Source of the DNA: Myxococcales bacterium
GTDB taxonomy: Bacteria > Myxococcota_A > UBA9042 > UBA3505
Assembly: GCA_963578775.1 (NCBI GenBank)
Contig: CAUZEG010000002.1
Coordinates: 9,423-73,422, forward strand
Direction of reading: 5' to 3'
DNA length: 64,000 nucleotides
Shown: positions 27,291 to 38,562 of the stretch, piece by piece
How positions within the stretch are numbered: position 1 is the stretch's first letter
Layout of the letters: each line of letters begins with the position of its first letter
Program-made: the position numbers and the translations under genes
The notes under the pieces: model-generated
What the model was told of the DNA's origin: nothing
The model's database searches: none
Seen by the model: the letters and a program-made list of their open reading frames with translations, nothing else

Positions 27291-27363
27291 GGTTCGGGGA
27301 CGAGGATTCGAACCTCGACTAGCGGCACCAGAAGCCGCCGTCCTGCCATTAGACGATCCCCGA
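27291..27363 (-). tRNA. tRNA-Gln (anticodon CUG).
   Basis: Manual fold: acceptor TCGGGGA/TCCCCGA (U1-A72, typical of bacterial tRNA-Gln), D-stem GTCT/GGAC, anticodon stem GCGGC/GCCGC with loop UUCUGGU (anticodon CUG), T-arm CGAGG-TTCGAAT-CCTCG, discriminator A then CC. Confidence 0.8.
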
Positions 27364-27401
27364 ATCGTGTTGCCGTAGGTAGCCAAAACCACCGAACGCT
27401 G

Positions 27402-27842
27402 TCAAGACGCCTCTTCACTGGCTTCTACGCCAGCGGAACGGTCGCTCCATTCGATAATCGATAAAGGAGCACCGTCTCCATGACGATGACCAACCTTCAG
27501 CACACGGGTATACCCGCCGGCGCGATCCGTAAACCGGGGACCGAGGTTGTCGAACAGCTTGGCCAGCGCGTCCTTGGACGTGCGAGTCAATATTGTTCCT
27601 TTCGACGTCTGGATCTTCACCGTCTGGTTGAACAACATGGTCTGCGCACGACGTCGTGCATGGAGGTCACCTCGCTTTGCCAGGGTAACCAACCGATCGG
27701 CAAGTCGTTTCAACGCTTTGGCTTTGACATCTGTCGTCGTAATCCGCTCATCAAGGACCAGAGATGTCAGAAGATTCCGAAACATCGCTCGTCGATGTGC
27801 TGTCGAGCGGCCAAGTTTCTTTCCGGCTTTGCGGTGACGCAT
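27402..27842 (-). CDS. rplQ: 50S ribosomal protein L17.
   Basis: MRHRKAGKKLGRSTAHRRAMFRNL... is the canonical L17 N-terminus. Confidence 0.95.
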   Translation of the reverse strand: MRHRKAGKKLGRSTAHRRAMFRNLLTSLVLDERITTTDVKAKALKRLADRLVTLAKRGDLHARRRAQTMLFNQTVKIQTSKGTILTRTSKDALAKLFDNLGPRFTDRAGGYTRVLKVGHRHGDGAPLSIIEWSDRSAGVEASEEAS

Positions 27843-27869
27843 GATTACTTCTCCATCAGGTTTCTTTGC

Positions 27870-28859
27870 TCAGTCGAAGTCCGGGGCATCGGCAGGATCA
27901 AACCCATCGATTTCCATATTGAGCGTAAGATTCATGCTCGCCAGAATCTCTTTGATCTCTTTGAGGGACTTGCGACCAAAATTCTTTGTCTGCAACAGAT
28001 CATCTTCCGTTTTCTGAACCAGTTCTCCGATATGTCGAATATTGGCGTTCTTCAAGCAGTTCGCACTCCGTACGCTCAGCTCAAGATCATCAACTAGACG
28101 ATACAGGTCTTCACTCAACTGTGGCTCTTCCGTATCCGCCTCTTCTTCCTTCATCTCGGCCAGGTATTCCTGATCACCCGTGAACACCCGGAACTGATCT
28201 CGAAGAATCGCTGCGGCAAAGCCCACCGCCTCTTCGCCACTAATGGAACCATTCGTCCAAATCTCGAGGACGAGTTTGTCATAATCCGTTCGTTGGCCTA
28301 CGCGAGCAGGGGCAATACGATAATTAACCCGGCGAATGGGGCTGTAGATGGAATCTACAGCAATGTAGTTCGCGGGGTCGTCGTCCGTCTTGTTTTCCTC
28401 GGCCACGGCATAACCAACACCAGTGCCGGTATTAAGCCGCATCGTGAGATGCCCACCCTCATTTACAGTGGCGATGTAGTGATCGGGATTAAGAACAGTA
28501 ACGGTACCCGGTACATTCATGTCACCAGCGGTAATGCGCGCAGGACCACTAATATCGATAATAAGTTCCTGTGGCTCCCATACGTCGGTGCCAATCTGAA
28601 TGCCCTTTACGTTCAAGATGATGGAAGCTACATCTTCCACGATGTTGGGTAGAGCACTGAACTCATGCAATGCACCTTCGATATTAATCCCTTTGATAGC
28701 CGCACCTGGGATGGATGAAAGCATCACCCGTCGCAAGGCGTTACCAAGGGTCGTTCCATAGCCCCGCTCCAGCGGTTCAACGGCAACCTTAGCGTAATTA
28801 TTGGCCGTCTCGACTTGCAATTCACGGGGACGAATAAAGTTACTCAAATTAGTCAACAT
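27870..28859 (-). CDS. rpoA: DNA-directed RNA polymerase subunit alpha.
   Basis: ...VAVEPLERGYGTTLGNALRRVMLSSIPGAAI... and position after rpsK. Confidence 0.95.
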   Translation of the reverse strand: MLTNLSNFIRPRELQVETANNYAKVAVEPLERGYGTTLGNALRRVMLSSIPGAAIKGINIEGALHEFSALPNIVEDVASIILNVKGIQIGTDVWEPQELIIDISGPARITAGDMNVPGTVTVLNPDHYIATVNEGGHLTMRLNTGTGVGYAVAEENKTDDDPANYIAVDSIYSPIRRVNYRIAPARVGQRTDYDKLVLEIWTNGSISGEEAVGFAAAILRDQFRVFTGDQEYLAEMKEEEADTEEPQLSEDLYRLVDDLELSVRSANCLKNANIRHIGELVQKTEDDLLQTKNFGRKSLKEIKEILASMNLTLNMEIDGFDPADAPDFD

Positions 28860-28972
28860 GCCTGGGATCCTCCTGGTAGCTGAACTCGACGTCAGTACCG
28901 ACTACTTACTGCTTTAGATTCTTATTGCGGCTTCTGGAGCCGTAAACACTTCAATACCTACCCAAAATATTC

Positions 28973-29362
28973 TTACACTCGACGCTTCTTACGCGGGCGG
29001 CAGCCATTATGAGGAATTCCTGTGACGTCACGTATCACAGTAATCTTCAATCCAGCTGCAGCCAGGGCACGAATGGCCGCTTCACGGCCACTACCAGGTC
29101 CTTTAACCTGCACGACGATAGTTTTCATTCCATGGTCCATAGCTGCCTTTGCAACGTCCTGGCCGGCAAGTTGGGCGGCGAAAGGAGTGCTCTTTCGAGA
29201 CCCCTTGAACCCGACCTTTCCTGCACTGGCCCATGCGACCGTGTTTCCCATCATGTCCGTGATCGTGATCAACGTGTTGTTGAACGTCGAGCGAACGTGT
29301 GCGATTCCATTCGGAATGTTCTTCTTTATCTTCTTTTTGCCAGAACGGCGTGGACCAGCCAT
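28973..29362 (-). CDS. rpsK: 30S ribosomal protein S11.
   Basis: ...[18 protein letters not shown]...[14 protein letters not shown]... Confidence 0.95.
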   Translation of the reverse strand: MAGPRRSGKKKIKKNIPNGIAHVRSTFNNTLITITDMMGNTVAWASAGKVGFKGSRKSTPFAAQLAGQDVAKAAMDHGMKTIVVQVKGPGSGREAAIRALAAAGLKITVIRDVTGIPHNGCRPRKKRRV

Positions 29363-29375
29363 AGCTTAGTTCCTC

Positions 29376-29756
29376 TCATTTACCCGGTGTTTTCTTTCCC
29401 TTGACAGCCGTCCGTCTCGGACCTTTACGAGTTCGCGCATTCGTATGAGTGCGCTGCCCTCGTACCGGCAACCCGCGACGATGACGTAGGCCGCGATAGC
29501 AACCTAGATCCATCAAGCGCTTGATATTGGATGTAACCTCGCGACGGAGATCACCTTCGATGGTGTAGTCCGCGTTGATGATATTACGAATCCGAATTGT
29601 CTCATCTTCATTCAACTCGCTGATCTTCTTCCAAGGATCTACTTGAGCCTTTTCGGATATGATCATCGCTGTGTTTTGACCGATCCCATAAATCCGCGTC
29701 AAAGCTATCGCAACAGCTTTTGTGGCTGGAAGATCAATCCCTGCAATACGTGCCAT
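29376..29756 (-). CDS. rpsM: 30S ribosomal protein S13.
   Basis: [10 protein letters not shown]...ALTRIYGIG... Confidence 0.95.
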   Translation of the reverse strand: MARIAGIDLPATKAVAIALTRIYGIGQNTAMIISEKAQVDPWKKISELNEDETIRIRNIINADYTIEGDLRREVTSNIKRLMDLGCYRGLRHRRGLPVRGQRTHTNARTRKGPRRTAVKGKKTPGK

Positions 29757-29780
29757 CGTTCTTACCTTCTTCTCGTTAAA

Positions 29781-29894
29781 TCATCCCTGACGCTGTTTGT
29801 GGCGTGCAATCTCGCAGATTACACGAACCACGCCACGGCGCTTGATGATCTTACATTTGTCACAAATTTTCTTTACTGATGCTCGGACCTTCAT
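29781..29894 (-). CDS. rpmJ: 50S ribosomal protein L36 (38 aa; not in the ORF track because it is under 60 aa).
   Basis: Manual translation: [37 protein letters not shown]. Confidence 0.9.
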   Translation of the reverse strand: MKVRASVKKICDKCKIIKRRGVVRVICEIARHKQRQG

Positions 29895-29917
29895 TGGATC
29901 CTCCTACTCTCTCTCTA

Positions 29918-31246
29918 TTACCCGCGTCGACCGCGGACTTTCACACGTCCCCCAACAAGTCCATCGTAGGACCGGTTGATGAGCTGTGCTTCAATTTGTT
30001 GGGCCGTGTCTAGCGCCACACCAACGACGATGAGAAGCGCGGTTCCTCCAAAATAGAAAGGAACATTGAACTCGGTTTGCATATAGGTTGGGAGTACACA
30101 AACGGCAGACACATAGACTGCCCCACCAAAAGTAATTCGACCGAGTACTCGATCGATATACTCAACGGTTTTCTTTCCTGGCCGTACACCGGGAATGAAC
30201 CCACCGACGCGCTTGATGTTTTCGGCTACATCAACGGACTTGAATGTTACCGCCGTATAGAAGTAGCAGAAGAAAATAATCATCGCGACGTAGATCACAT
30301 TATAGAGACTGGCGCCCGGAATAAGGGCGTTCTGGACCTTGATCGCCCACTCGTTACCCGGAAAGAAGGTGGTCAGGATCCCGGGGAACATCAAGATGGA
30401 CGAAGCAAAGATGGGTGGAATAACGCCCGCCATATTGACCTTGAGGGGCAAGGTGCTGGTACGCCCACCGTATACTTTTCGACCTACGACCTTCTTGGCG
30501 TAGTGGACGGGAATCCTACGATGTGCCCGTTCAAAGAAGACGATCGTTGCACAGACGGCATAGATAATGACCGCCAGGATGATGACGGTCGTCGCCCTCA
30601 TCTCACCGCCGCCTAGCACGGACTGCTCAAACGTCTGGTAGATCGCACTGGGCAACCCCGCAACGATCCCAGCAAAGATCAAAAGACTTATCCCGTTGCC
30701 AATTCCGTGTTCGGTAATCTGCTCGCCCATCCACATAAGGAACATGGCGCCACCGGTAAGGGACACAACGGTCACAAAGGTGAATAGCATGGCGTTATCG
30801 AAGACCACGATTCCGGTGGTCCCCTGGGCCGCATTCATCGATCGAAGATACACACTGACTCCAAGGCCTTGAACCAGGGAGATCGCTACGGTCGCATAGC
30901 GGGTATATTGGTTGATCTTCTGCCGCCCGGTCTCGCCCTCTTTTTGGAGCGCTTCGATATGCGGTATAACCACACCCAGCAACTGGAAGATAATCGATGC
31001 CGAGATGTAGGGCATGATTCCCAACGCGAAAATCGACAACTGCTCGATGGCACCACCACTGAACATATTGAAAAGTCCCAGGAAACCCTGTCCTTGATCC
31101 TGCATGAAGTTCTGCATGATCGACCGGTCAACACCTGGGATCGCGATAAACACACCTACCCGGTACACACCCAGTAACGCGATTGTGTACAGGATCCGTT
31201 TCTTCAGTTCGGGGATCTTCCCGAGTGTGTCTACTCCACTAGCCAC
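29918..31246 (-). CDS. secY: Preprotein translocase subunit SecY.
   Basis: 442 aa, 10 TM helices. ...[16 protein letters not shown]... and position between rplO and rpmJ. Confidence 0.95.
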   Translation of the reverse strand: MASGVDTLGKIPELKKRILYTIALLGVYRVGVFIAIPGVDRSIMQNFMQDQGQGFLGLFNMFSGGAIEQLSIFALGIMPYISASIIFQLLGVVIPHIEALQKEGETGRQKINQYTRYATVAISLVQGLGVSVYLRSMNAAQGTTGIVVFDNAMLFTFVTVVSLTGGAMFLMWMGEQITEHGIGNGISLLIFAGIVAGLPSAIYQTFEQSVLGGGEMRATTVIILAVIIYAVCATIVFFERAHRRIPVHYAKKVVGRKVYGGRTSTLPLKVNMAGVIPPIFASSILMFPGILTTFFPGNEWAIKVQNALIPGASLYNVIYVAMIIFFCYFYTAVTFKSVDVAENIKRVGGFIPGVRPGKKTVEYIDRVLGRITFGGAVYVSAVCVLPTYMQTEFNVPFYFGGTALLIVVGVALDTAQQIEAQLINRSYDGLVGGRVKVRGRRG

Positions 31247-31685
31247 TGATCACCTCAACATTGCCACCAGCGGCCTCGATTTTGGCTGCTGCGCTCTTGG
31301 ACGCCTTATGCACTCGAAGGGTCAGTTTCTTATCAACCTCACCCGAACCCAACAACTTGACCTTGCGGCCACGTCGTACCAGCCCGGCGGCAGCCAACTC
31401 GTCTGGACCGATTTCGGCGCCTGCATCAAAACGTTTCATCTGAAACAGGTTCACGATATCAAACTCAACACGAAATGGATTCTTGAAGCCATGCTTGGGA
31501 AGACGACGGTAAAGGGGCATCTGGCCACCTTCAAACCCGATCGGAACACCACCACCGGAGCGACTATTCTGTCCCCCGTGGCCCCGACCAGATGTCTTAC
31601 CGTTCCCGCATCCCGGGCCTCGACCGACCCGGCTGCGAGTCCGCTTCGAACCTTTGCACGGTTTCAGATTACTCAATTCGCTCAT
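31239..31685 (-). CDS. rplO: 50S ribosomal protein L15.
   Basis: [37 protein letters not shown]... Confidence 0.95.
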   Translation of the reverse strand: MSELSNLKPCKGSKRTRSRVGRGPGCGNGKTSGRGHGGQNSRSGGGVPIGFEGGQMPLYRRLPKHGFKNPFRVEFDIVNLFQMKRFDAGAEIGPDELAAAGLVRRGRKVKLLGSGEVDKKLTLRVHKASKSAAAKIEAAGGNVEVISG

Positions 31686-31704
31686 CGTTCAATCTCCTTG
31701 GCAC

Positions 31705-31896
31705 TCACGCCGCATCCACGCGTACAAGATGCATCACATGACGCACCATTCCACGAATCATCTCTGAATCGTTGTGTTCGCGACTCGCGCCAATCTTATG
31801 AAGCCCCAAAGCCTGGAGCGTCTTGCATTGTTTCGGCTTACGACCATACGGACTGCCTTCCAATGTAATCTTAATCTTTGCGTTCTTCTTGGCCAT
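31705..31896 (-). CDS. rpmD: 50S ribosomal protein L30.
   Basis: MAKKNAKIKITLEGSPYGRKPKQCKTLQALGL... begins at an internal Met of track ORF 31705..31959. The track's longer N-terminus would overlap rpsE. Confidence 0.85.
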   Translation of the reverse strand: MAKKNAKIKITLEGSPYGRKPKQCKTLQALGLHKIGASREHNDSEMIRGMVRHVMHLVRVDAA

Positions 31897-31903
31897 GACG
31901 TTT

Positions 31904-32431
31904 CTACTCCAAGCCGAGGACACGAGCGCTGGACATTCCCCGCCGTGATCCCGCCTCACTGGCCGTAATCAGCCGCGAAAGTCCCTCGAACGTCGCACGT
32001 ACAACATTATTGGGGTTCCGCGAATTGATGATCTTGGTCAACACATTCTTATAACCAGCCACCTCAAGGATCGGGCGGACAGCACCACCGGCGATAACAC
32101 CAGTACCCGGTGCTGCTGGCTTCAAGACCACACTGGCCGCACCAAATTTACCGATGATGGTATGCGGCAACGTCCCGTTAAGAAGGGGTACGTCGATCAT
32201 ATCACGCCGAGCTCGCTCAGAAGCTTTCCGGATCGCTTCCGGTACTTCATTCGCTTTGCCATGACCCCAGCCGACCTTTCCGGCACCATCGCCAACCACA
32301 ACAAGAGCAGTAAAGGAGAAACGACGTCCACCTTTTACGACCTTGGACACTCGACCAATATTGATCACGCGATCGTCAAAATCATCCGACGCGGCTCGGC
32401 CTCTTTGTTCCATATTTCGCTTCATTGTCAC
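31904..32431 (-). CDS. rpsE: 30S ribosomal protein S5.
   Basis: ...[35 protein letters not shown]... Confidence 0.95.
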   Translation of the reverse strand: MTMKRNMEQRGRAASDDFDDRVINIGRVSKVVKGGRRFSFTALVVVGDGAGKVGWGHGKANEVPEAIRKASERARRDMIDVPLLNGTLPHTIIGKFGAASVVLKPAAPGTGVIAGGAVRPILEVAGYKNVLTKIINSRNPNNVVRATFEGLSRLITASEAGSRRGMSSARVLGLE

Positions 32432-32470
32432 GGTTCGTCTCCCTAATCCATTCCGTAGTTAAGCCATCGA

Positions 32471-32851
32471 TTAAAACTCGAGGCCAGCCTCGCGTGCGCC
32501 TTCCGCCAACGCTTTTACTCGTCCGTGATAAAGGAAACCATTTCGGTCGAACACGACCTTCTTGATTCCTTTTTCCTTACAACGCTCCGCGACAAGTTTC
32601 CCAACCGACTTAGCCACATCGGACTTCGAGGTTGTCTCCAGTCCTTCTCGTGCTGCGGCTTCACGACTTGATGCCGCCACCAACGTTACAGCCGTTTCAT
32701 CGGATCGGTTGTCATTAATCAGTTGCGCATAAATATGCGTATTGGATCGAAACACCGACAGTCGGGGCTTTTCTGACGTACCCAGCACATTCTTGCGAAC
32801 ATGCTTCTGACGTCGGATTCGGGCGTTATATCTTCGATTCTTGGTAGCCAC
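32471..32851 (-). CDS. rplR: 50S ribosomal protein L18.
   Basis: ...[33 protein letters not shown]... Confidence 0.95.
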   Translation of the reverse strand: MATKNRRYNARIRRQKHVRKNVLGTSEKPRLSVFRSNTHIYAQLINDNRSDETAVTLVAASSREAAAREGLETTSKSDVAKSVGKLVAERCKEKGIKKVVFDRNGFLYHGRVKALAEGAREAGLEF

Positions 32852-32866
32852 AACGGCCTCCTTTCC

Positions 32867-33400
32867 TTAGCCGGCAGTTTTTCCAACTTTGATACGAACA
32901 TACTCATTCTCATATCGGATCCCTTTACCCTTATAGGGCTCCGGGGGGCGTACTCGACGAACCTGGGCTGCAAATTCACCCAAAGCCTGCTTGTCGATAC
33001 TTTCCAGATAGATGAGTGTGTTCTTGTCTACTTTTACAGAGATGCCCTCAGGCACAGGCATCTCGACCTGATGCGAATACCCCACGCTGAGGGTCAGTTT
33101 ATTTCCACTGGCTGCGGCTCGATAACCGGTACCGATGATCTTCAGGTTCTTTTGAAAACCTGCCGATACACCGACCACCATATTGTTCAGCAGAGCTCTT
33201 GCAAGACCGTGATACGCTCGTCCCTGGCCATTATCTGCTGTCGGTTTTACTACAACTCTGGACTCTTCCTGTTCAAAGGAAACCGCGCGGAATTCCCGCG
33301 ACAAAACGCCCCGAGGTCCCTTAACGGTAATCGAAGTCCCGTCGATCTTCACATCGACGCCGCTTGGTATTTCTACTGGTGTATTTCCAATACGAGACAC
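32867..33400 (-). CDS. rplF: 50S ribosomal protein L6.
   Basis: MSRIGNTPVEIPSGVDVKIDGTSITVKGPRG... Confidence 0.95.
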   Translation of the reverse strand: MSRIGNTPVEIPSGVDVKIDGTSITVKGPRGVLSREFRAVSFEQEESRVVVKPTADNGQGRAYHGLARALLNNMVVGVSAGFQKNLKIIGTGYRAAASGNKLTLSVGYSHQVEMPVPEGISVKVDKNTLIYLESIDKQALGEFAAQVRRVRPPEPYKGKGIRYENEYVRIKVGKTAG

Positions 33401-33426
33401 GATTCTTCTCCTTCATCTGGTCGAGA

Positions 33427-33831
33427 TCACCAGACCTCACACATGACTTCGCCACCTACATTGGCTGCGCGGGCTGCTTTGTCGGTCATAACTCCCTGGG
33501 GAGTCGAAATAACCGAAATGCCCATGCCATTGTAGACACGAGGAATATCTTTGGCCCCACGATAGACGCGCCGCCCCGGCTTACTTATTCGCCGAAGACC
33601 GGTAATGGTTCCATGCTGGATATCCCGATACTTCAGGTCCACATGAAGCACTTTTCCCTTTTCTCCATCGAGTAGGAAATAGTCCGTAATGTATCCCTCG
33701 TCCTTCAGGATCTCCGCGATGCGATGCTTTACCTTACTGGATGGCATCTCAACGCTATCCTTTCGAACCAGAAGAGCATTCCGGATGCGCGTAAGCATAT
33801 CTGCGATTGGGTCTGTTGTTGGTATCGACAT
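33427..33831 (-). CDS. rpsH: 30S ribosomal protein S8.
   Basis: ...[27 protein letters not shown]... Confidence 0.95.
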   Translation of the reverse strand: MSIPTTDPIADMLTRIRNALLVRKDSVEMPSSKVKHRIAEILKDEGYITDYFLLDGEKGKVLHVDLKYRDIQHGTITGLRRISKPGRRVYRGAKDIPRVYNGMGISVISTPQGVMTDKAARAANVGGEVMCEVW

Positions 33832-33848
33832 AATTTACTCCTAAGAAC

Positions 33849-34034
33849 TCACCAGGAGGCCTTTGTTACGCCAGGAATCTTGCCTTCAAGGGCCAGAGTT
33901 CGAAAACAGATCCGGCAAATGCCGAACTTTCTGTAGACTGCATGGGCTCGACCACACTGAAGACACCGTTTTACCCGGCGTACCTCAAACTTCGGATCGC
34001 GTTTCACCGCCTCCATTTGTGCTTTCCTAGCCAC
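33849..34034 (-). CDS. rpsZ: 30S ribosomal protein S14 type Z (zinc-binding, 61 aa).
   Basis: ...[22 protein letters not shown]... Confidence 0.9.
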   Translation of the reverse strand: MARKAQMEAVKRDPKFEVRRVKRCLQCGRAHAVYRKFGICRICFRTLALEGKIPGVTKASW

Positions 34035-34051
34035 GATAACCTCCTAAATCC

Positions 34052-34594
34052 TCAATTCTTTCGGAAGGGAAAGCCGAGTAGCTCAAGAAGCGCTCGACTT
34101 TCTTCGTCCGTATTGGCTGACGTATTGATACAGATATTCATACCCTTCACTTTCTCGACGGTGTCATAATCCACCTCCGGAAAGATCAACTGTTCCTTGA
34201 TTCCAAGGGTGTAGTTTCCTCGACCATCAAAAGCCTTGGTGGAGCATCCTCGGAAATCCCGAACGCGCGGTAACGCGATATTGATGAGTCGATCGAGAAA
34301 TTCGAACGCTTGCTGCCGACGCAAAATCACGGACACGCCGATCGGCATTCCTTCGCGCAACTTAAACGTCGCTACCGACCTCTTAGCGCGCTGTATAATC
34401 GGCTTTTGCCCAGCAATGGCTGTCATCTGCACAACCCCGGCCTCAATGAGCTTCGGGTTCTGAATCGCCTCACCCAACCCCATGTTCAAGACAACCTTCG
34501 TGATCTTAGGTACCTGCATCTTGTTCCGATATTGGAACTTCCCGATCAGGGTGGGAACAACTTCGCTGGTATATTTCGTAAATAATGTGGTCAT
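34052..34594 (-). CDS. rplE: 50S ribosomal protein L5.
   Basis: ...[16 protein letters not shown]... Confidence 0.95.
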   Translation of the reverse strand: MTTLFTKYTSEVVPTLIGKFQYRNKMQVPKITKVVLNMGLGEAIQNPKLIEAGVVQMTAIAGQKPIIQRAKRSVATFKLREGMPIGVSVILRRQQAFEFLDRLINIALPRVRDFRGCSTKAFDGRGNYTLGIKEQLIFPEVDYDTVEKVKGMNICINTSANTDEESRALLELLGFPFRKN

Positions 34595-34648
34595 TTCATG
34601 ACTCCTCGACCCCGGTTTCCGAACGGGTGCCTCGCCAAAATACTTTAT

Positions 34649-35017
34649 CTATAGGTCCTGGTCGGTCTTCCTGAGGAAGCGTACTCGCTTCATTTTTCCG
34701 GCTTCATTGGCTTCACGGCGAATTCCGACACGGCTCGCCGTACCATCTCCTCCGACCACCATTAGATTGGATAATGCGATGGGAATTTCTTTCTTAACAA
34801 TTCCACCCCGCGGGTCTTTTTCGCTCGGCTTGCTGTGCTTGTCATACTCGTTCACACCTTGAACCAGAGCGCGCGCTCTGGTCGGGAAGACACGGAGCAC
34901 TTCTCCCTGCTTTCCACGGTCCTTACCGGTAAGCACAACAACCGTATCGCCTTTCTTGATCTTCGGCTTTAAGACCGGCTGTGTTCTAATTTTTGCTTTT
35001 CTCTTCGCCATGTCCAA
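34649..35017 (-). CDS. rplX: 50S ribosomal protein L24 (the N-terminus may start a few codons later).
   Basis: ...KIKKGDTVVVLTGKDRGKQGEVL... Confidence 0.9.
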   Translation of the reverse strand: MDMAKRKAKIRTQPVLKPKIKKGDTVVVLTGKDRGKQGEVLRVFPTRARALVQGVNEYDKHSKPSEKDPRGGIVKKEIPIALSNLMVVGGDGTASRVGIRREANEAGKMKRVRFLRKTDQDL

Positions 35018-35020
35018 CTC

Positions 35021-35389
35021 CTAGAGAACTTCCGGTGCGAGAGACACAATTTTCATGAACTGTAGACCTCTCAATTCACGGGCCACCGGACCGAAGATAC
35101 GTGTACCAATCGGCTCTTTGTCGGTTGTGATCAGAACGGCCGCGTTCTCATCAAACTTGATGTAGCTTCCGTCAGATCGGCCCACTTCTTTGGTGGTACG
35201 GACGATAACCGCTCGCATTACATCGCCCTTCTTTACCTTGGCACGAGGCATAGCTTCCTTCACGCTGACAACAATCACATCGCCCAATGTGGCATAGCGG
35301 CGTCTGGATCCGCCCAGGACCTTGATGCACTGGAGCCGCTTGGCTCCCGAGTTATCGGCCGCGGCGAGTACTGTCTGCATTTGAATCAT
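35021..35389 (-). CDS. rplN: 50S ribosomal protein L14.
   Basis: [28 protein letters not shown]...[12 protein letters not shown]. Confidence 0.95.
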   Translation of the reverse strand: MIQMQTVLAAADNSGAKRLQCIKVLGGSRRRYATLGDVIVVSVKEAMPRAKVKKGDVMRAVIVRTTKEVGRSDGSYIKFDENAAVLITTDKEPIGTRIFGPVARELRGLQFMKIVSLAPEVL

Positions 35390-35423
35390 TGATGCCTCCG
35401 TTCAGGATCTACTGGTTACCTGT

Positions 35424-35687
35424 TTAAACCTGAACAAACTTGCGTATCGTCTTGATCACGCGCCATGTCTTATGACGTGACAATGGCCGTGACTCCTGGA
35501 TCATGACGAGATCACCGACTTGACCTTCGTTCTCTTCGTCATGGGCCATATACTTCTTCTGGCGCGTAATGATCTTATGGTAACGCGAGTGCTTAACCTG
35601 CCGCTCGACCTGAATCACAACGGTCTTATCCGCCTTATTGGACACGATCGTACCAGTTAACTGTTTCTTATGGCGTGAATCGGACAT
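35424..35687 (-). CDS. rpsQ: 30S ribosomal protein S17.
   Basis: ...KQLTGTIVSNKADKTVVIQVERQVKHSRYHK... Confidence 0.95.
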   Translation of the reverse strand: MSDSRHKKQLTGTIVSNKADKTVVIQVERQVKHSRYHKIITRQKKYMAHDEENEGQVGDLVMIQESRPLSRHKTWRVIKTIRKFVQV

Positions 35688-35689
35688 GG

Positions 35690-35917
35690 TTATTGCTCCT
35701 CACCGACCGTAGTCGTTTCGGTCACGGCCAGTTCGGCGCGACGCTTCTTCTCCGTTAGAATACGAGCCACATCCTTGCGAAGATGGCGAGCTCGACTGGT
35801 GTCGGCCAATTCGCCCATCGTCTTCGAAACCCGTGTCTCAAACAAGGACTGTCGTGCGTTCAACTCTGCACCTGCGAGTTGTTGGTCGTTCATCGCTCTG
35901 ATTTCGTCGAGCTTCAT
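35690..35917 (-). CDS. rpmC: 50S ribosomal protein L29.
   Basis: [29 protein letters not shown]... Confidence 0.9.
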   Translation of the reverse strand: MKLDEIRAMNDQQLAGAELNARQSLFETRVSKTMGELADTSRARHLRKDVARILTEKKRRAELAVTETTTVGEEQ

Positions 35918-36333
35918 AGAATGATCTCCCGTTTCTTAAGAAAGCGCGTCTTAAACGGAATCTTGTGTGCAGCCAGACGGAACGCTTCGCGAGCGTCCTC
36001 TTCTGGAACACCATCGATCTCATACATGACCGTTCCTGGCTTTATCTTTGCCATCCAGTATTCCACCGGCGCTTTACCTTTACCTTGACGAGTCTCCATA
36101 GGTTTCTTCGTCATGGGATGATGGGGAAAAACTCGAATCCATATCTTGCCGCCACGTTTAACATGACGGGTCATTGCTACACGTGCCGCCTCAAGCTGAC
36201 GGGCCGTAAGAAAGCCTGGCGTAAGAGCCTGCAACCCAAAGGCCCCGAAGGAAACCTCTCCACCGCGCCAAGCGGTACCGCGATTTCGGCCCCGCTGCTG
36301 CTTCCGCCATCGTGTTCTATTGGGTGCTAACAT
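35914..36333 (-). CDS. rplP: 50S ribosomal protein L16.
   Basis: [30 protein letters not shown]... Confidence 0.95.
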   Translation of the reverse strand: MLAPNRTRWRKQQRGRNRGTAWRGGEVSFGAFGLQALTPGFLTARQLEAARVAMTRHVKRGGKIWIRVFPHHPMTKKPMETRQGKGKAPVEYWMAKIKPGTVMYEIDGVPEEDAREAFRLAAHKIPFKTRFLKKREIIL

Positions 36334-36367
36334 AACTTATCTCCAGGTTCGCCAGTTCCCGTCCATA

Positions 36368-37036
36368 TCAGGACGAGTGCTGCCTCGTGGTCTGGGCTTC
36401 TTCCTGCTCGGCCACCAGGATGTCGCCGCGGTATAACCAGCATTTCACACCGATAACACCGTAGGTTGTACGCGCCAGGGCGAAACCGTAATCTACATCG
36501 GCTCGTAGGGTATGAAGCGGAACCCGGCCCTTGCGGTACCATTCCCGGCGTCCCATCTCGGCGCCACCCAGGCGTCCAGAGCACTGGACTTTAACTCCCT
36601 GGGCACCAAACTTCAACGACGTGAGAACAGATTTCTTCATGGCCCGGCGGAAGGAGACACGGCGTTCAATCTGAACGGCGATTCCTTCAGCCACCAATTT
36701 CGCATCCAGTTCCGGGCGACGAATCTCGACCACGTCCAGGAACACTTTACATCCCGTCAACGCAGTCACTAAAGCCTTCATTCCTTCCGCCTCTACGCCT
36801 TTCTTACCGATCACAAGCCCCGGACGCGCCGTATGAATTCGAATCTTCACGATGGTCGTCTGCCGCTCGATCTCTACGGTACTTATACTCGCATGGCTAA
36901 GACGTTTCTCGATCAACTTACGGATCTTGAGATCTTCATCGAGCTTTTGCTTAATATTCTTCTCGTCAAACCACCGCGAGAGCCACGGTCGAATATATCC
37001 GAGACGAAATCCGTATGGATGTACTTTCTGACCCAA
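36368..37036 (-). CDS. rpsC: 30S ribosomal protein S3.
   Basis: [23 protein letters not shown]... Confidence 0.95.
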   Translation of the reverse strand: MGQKVHPYGFRLGYIRPWLSRWFDEKNIKQKLDEDLKIRKLIEKRLSHASISTVEIERQTTIVKIRIHTARPGLVIGKKGVEAEGMKALVTALTGCKVFLDVVEIRRPELDAKLVAEGIAVQIERRVSFRRAMKKSVLTSLKFGAQGVKVQCSGRLGGAEMGRREWYRKGRVPLHTLRADVDYGFALARTTYGVIGVKCWLYRGDILVAEQEEAQTTRQHSS

Positions 37037-37054
37037 AACAGCCTCCTAAGCCAT

Positions 37055-37432
37055 TCACTGATCCGCAAGCACCAGGCCGATTTCGACATGGCTGCTAAGA
37101 CGTTTGATTGGAGTTGCGCGACCATGCGCCCGGGGTCGCCACTTACGCATGAAGGGTGGACCCTGGTCGACAGTCACAGTTTGGAGCCACAATGTGGCTT
37201 CGGATAGGTTCGGATTGCCCCGCTTCGCATTTGCCACCGCAGATCGGAGCACCTTCAGAAGTACACCAGCACCACGATTCGGCATGAGCATAAGAGTGCT
37301 TTGTGCATCGAGCACAGGCTTATTACGAATCAGATCCGCAATGGCCCTGACCCTACGTGGACCGAGCTTCGCGTAACGCAAGCGAGCGGTCGACACATAG
37401 TTATTGGCATTTTTGTTCAAGCTCATAACCAT
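37055..37432 (-). CDS. rplV: 50S ribosomal protein L22.
   Basis: ...ARLRYAKLGPRRVRAIADLIRNKPV... Confidence 0.95.
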   Translation of the reverse strand: MVMSLNKNANNYVSTARLRYAKLGPRRVRAIADLIRNKPVLDAQSTLMLMPNRGAGVLLKVLRSAVANAKRGNPNLSEATLWLQTVTVDQGPPFMRKWRPRAHGRATPIKRLSSHVEIGLVLADQ

Positions 37433-37440
37433 TCACTCCT

Positions 37441-37719
37441 TCAACGGACCTTGGCCTTTCGGTCACCGGCATGCCCGGAGAACATACGGGTGGGTGAGAA
37501 CTCACCTAGTTTGTGACCAACCATGTTCTCGTTGACGAACACGGGAATGAACTTCCTACCGTTGTGTACTGCGAAACGCATTCCGACCATCTGGGGCAGA
37601 ATCGTAGAACGGCGAGACCATGTCTTTATGATCTTTTTGTTGCCGCCTTCTATCGCAGCGTCAACTTTCTTTGTCAGGTGTTGGTCCACAAAAGGACCTT
37701 TTTTAATTGACCGTGGCAC
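37441..37719 (-). CDS. rpsS: 30S ribosomal protein S19.
   Basis: [15 protein letters not shown]... Confidence 0.95.
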   Translation of the reverse strand: MPRSIKKGPFVDQHLTKKVDAAIEGGNKKIIKTWSRRSTILPQMVGMRFAVHNGRKFIPVFVNENMVGHKLGEFSPTRMFSGHAGDRKAKVR

Positions 37720-37731
37720 GGGATTTCCTCA

Positions 37732-38559
37732 TCACTTCTGGTTACGTCGTTTCACAATGTATTGATCAGTCTTGGGATTCTTACGTGTCTTCCGCCCCTT
37801 CGTGGGCTTACCCCAGGGACTGACCGGATGACGACCACCACTGGTGCGGCCTTCGCCACCACCGTGTGGATGATCGACGGGGTTCATAGCAACACCGCGG
37901 ACTGTGGGCCGTATGCCCAGCCAACGAGAACGACCGGCCTTACCGATATGTATGCGATCATGCTGCACGTTTCCTACGACACCAATGGTGGCACGGCAGC
38001 GAACCGGAACCTTCCGAAGTTCGCCCGAGGGCAGGCGCAACAACGCGTATGATCCTTCCTTCGCTACCAATTGGGCCGAGGTCCCTGCGGACCGGGCCAG
38101 CTGACCGCCTTTACCGGGCTTCATTTCTATATTGTGGACCACCGTACCCAGAGGCATCGAATTCAAGGGCATGGCGTTCCCAATCTGGATATCTGCCTTG
38201 AGAGCGCTGACTACTGTCTGGCCTACTTCCAACCCATCGGGAGCCAGAATGTATCGTTTTTCGCCATCGACGTAATAGAGCAACGCGACACGGGCGGAAC
38301 GATTCGGATCATATTCGACTGCTGCTACGCGCGCGGGTACACCATACTTATTTCGCTTGAAATCGATAAGTCGATAACGACGCTTGTGCCCACCACCCTT
38401 GTGGCGACAGGTAATCCGACCATTATTATTTCTTCCACCAGTCTGTTTGAGCGGAGCCAGAAGCTTAGCTTCCGGGCGTGACTTCGTTATTTCAGCGAAG
38501 TCCGAACCCGTCATATTCCGTCGGCCTGGGGAAGTTGGTTTATATTTCTTGATACCCAT
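37732..38559 (-). CDS. rplB: 50S ribosomal protein L2.
   Basis: [14 protein letters not shown]...[18 protein letters not shown]... Confidence 0.95.
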   Translation of the reverse strand: MGIKKYKPTSPGRRNMTGSDFAEITKSRPEAKLLAPLKQTGGRNNNGRITCRHKGGGHKRRYRLIDFKRNKYGVPARVAAVEYDPNRSARVALLYYVDGEKRYILAPDGLEVGQTVVSALKADIQIGNAMPLNSMPLGTVVHNIEMKPGKGGQLARSAGTSAQLVAKEGSYALLRLPSGELRKVPVRCRATIGVVGNVQHDRIHIGKAGRSRWLGIRPTVRGVAMNPVDHPHGGGEGRTSGGRHPVSPWGKPTKGRKTRKNPKTDQYIVKRRNQK

Positions 38560-38562
38560 CGT

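Noticed and set aside
30077-30616. 179-aa plus-strand ORF inside secY, and a 280-aa ORF at 42043..42885 across rpsG/rpsL.
   Set aside because: Both are antisense to universally conserved genes and cannot both be coding. They are shadow ORFs.
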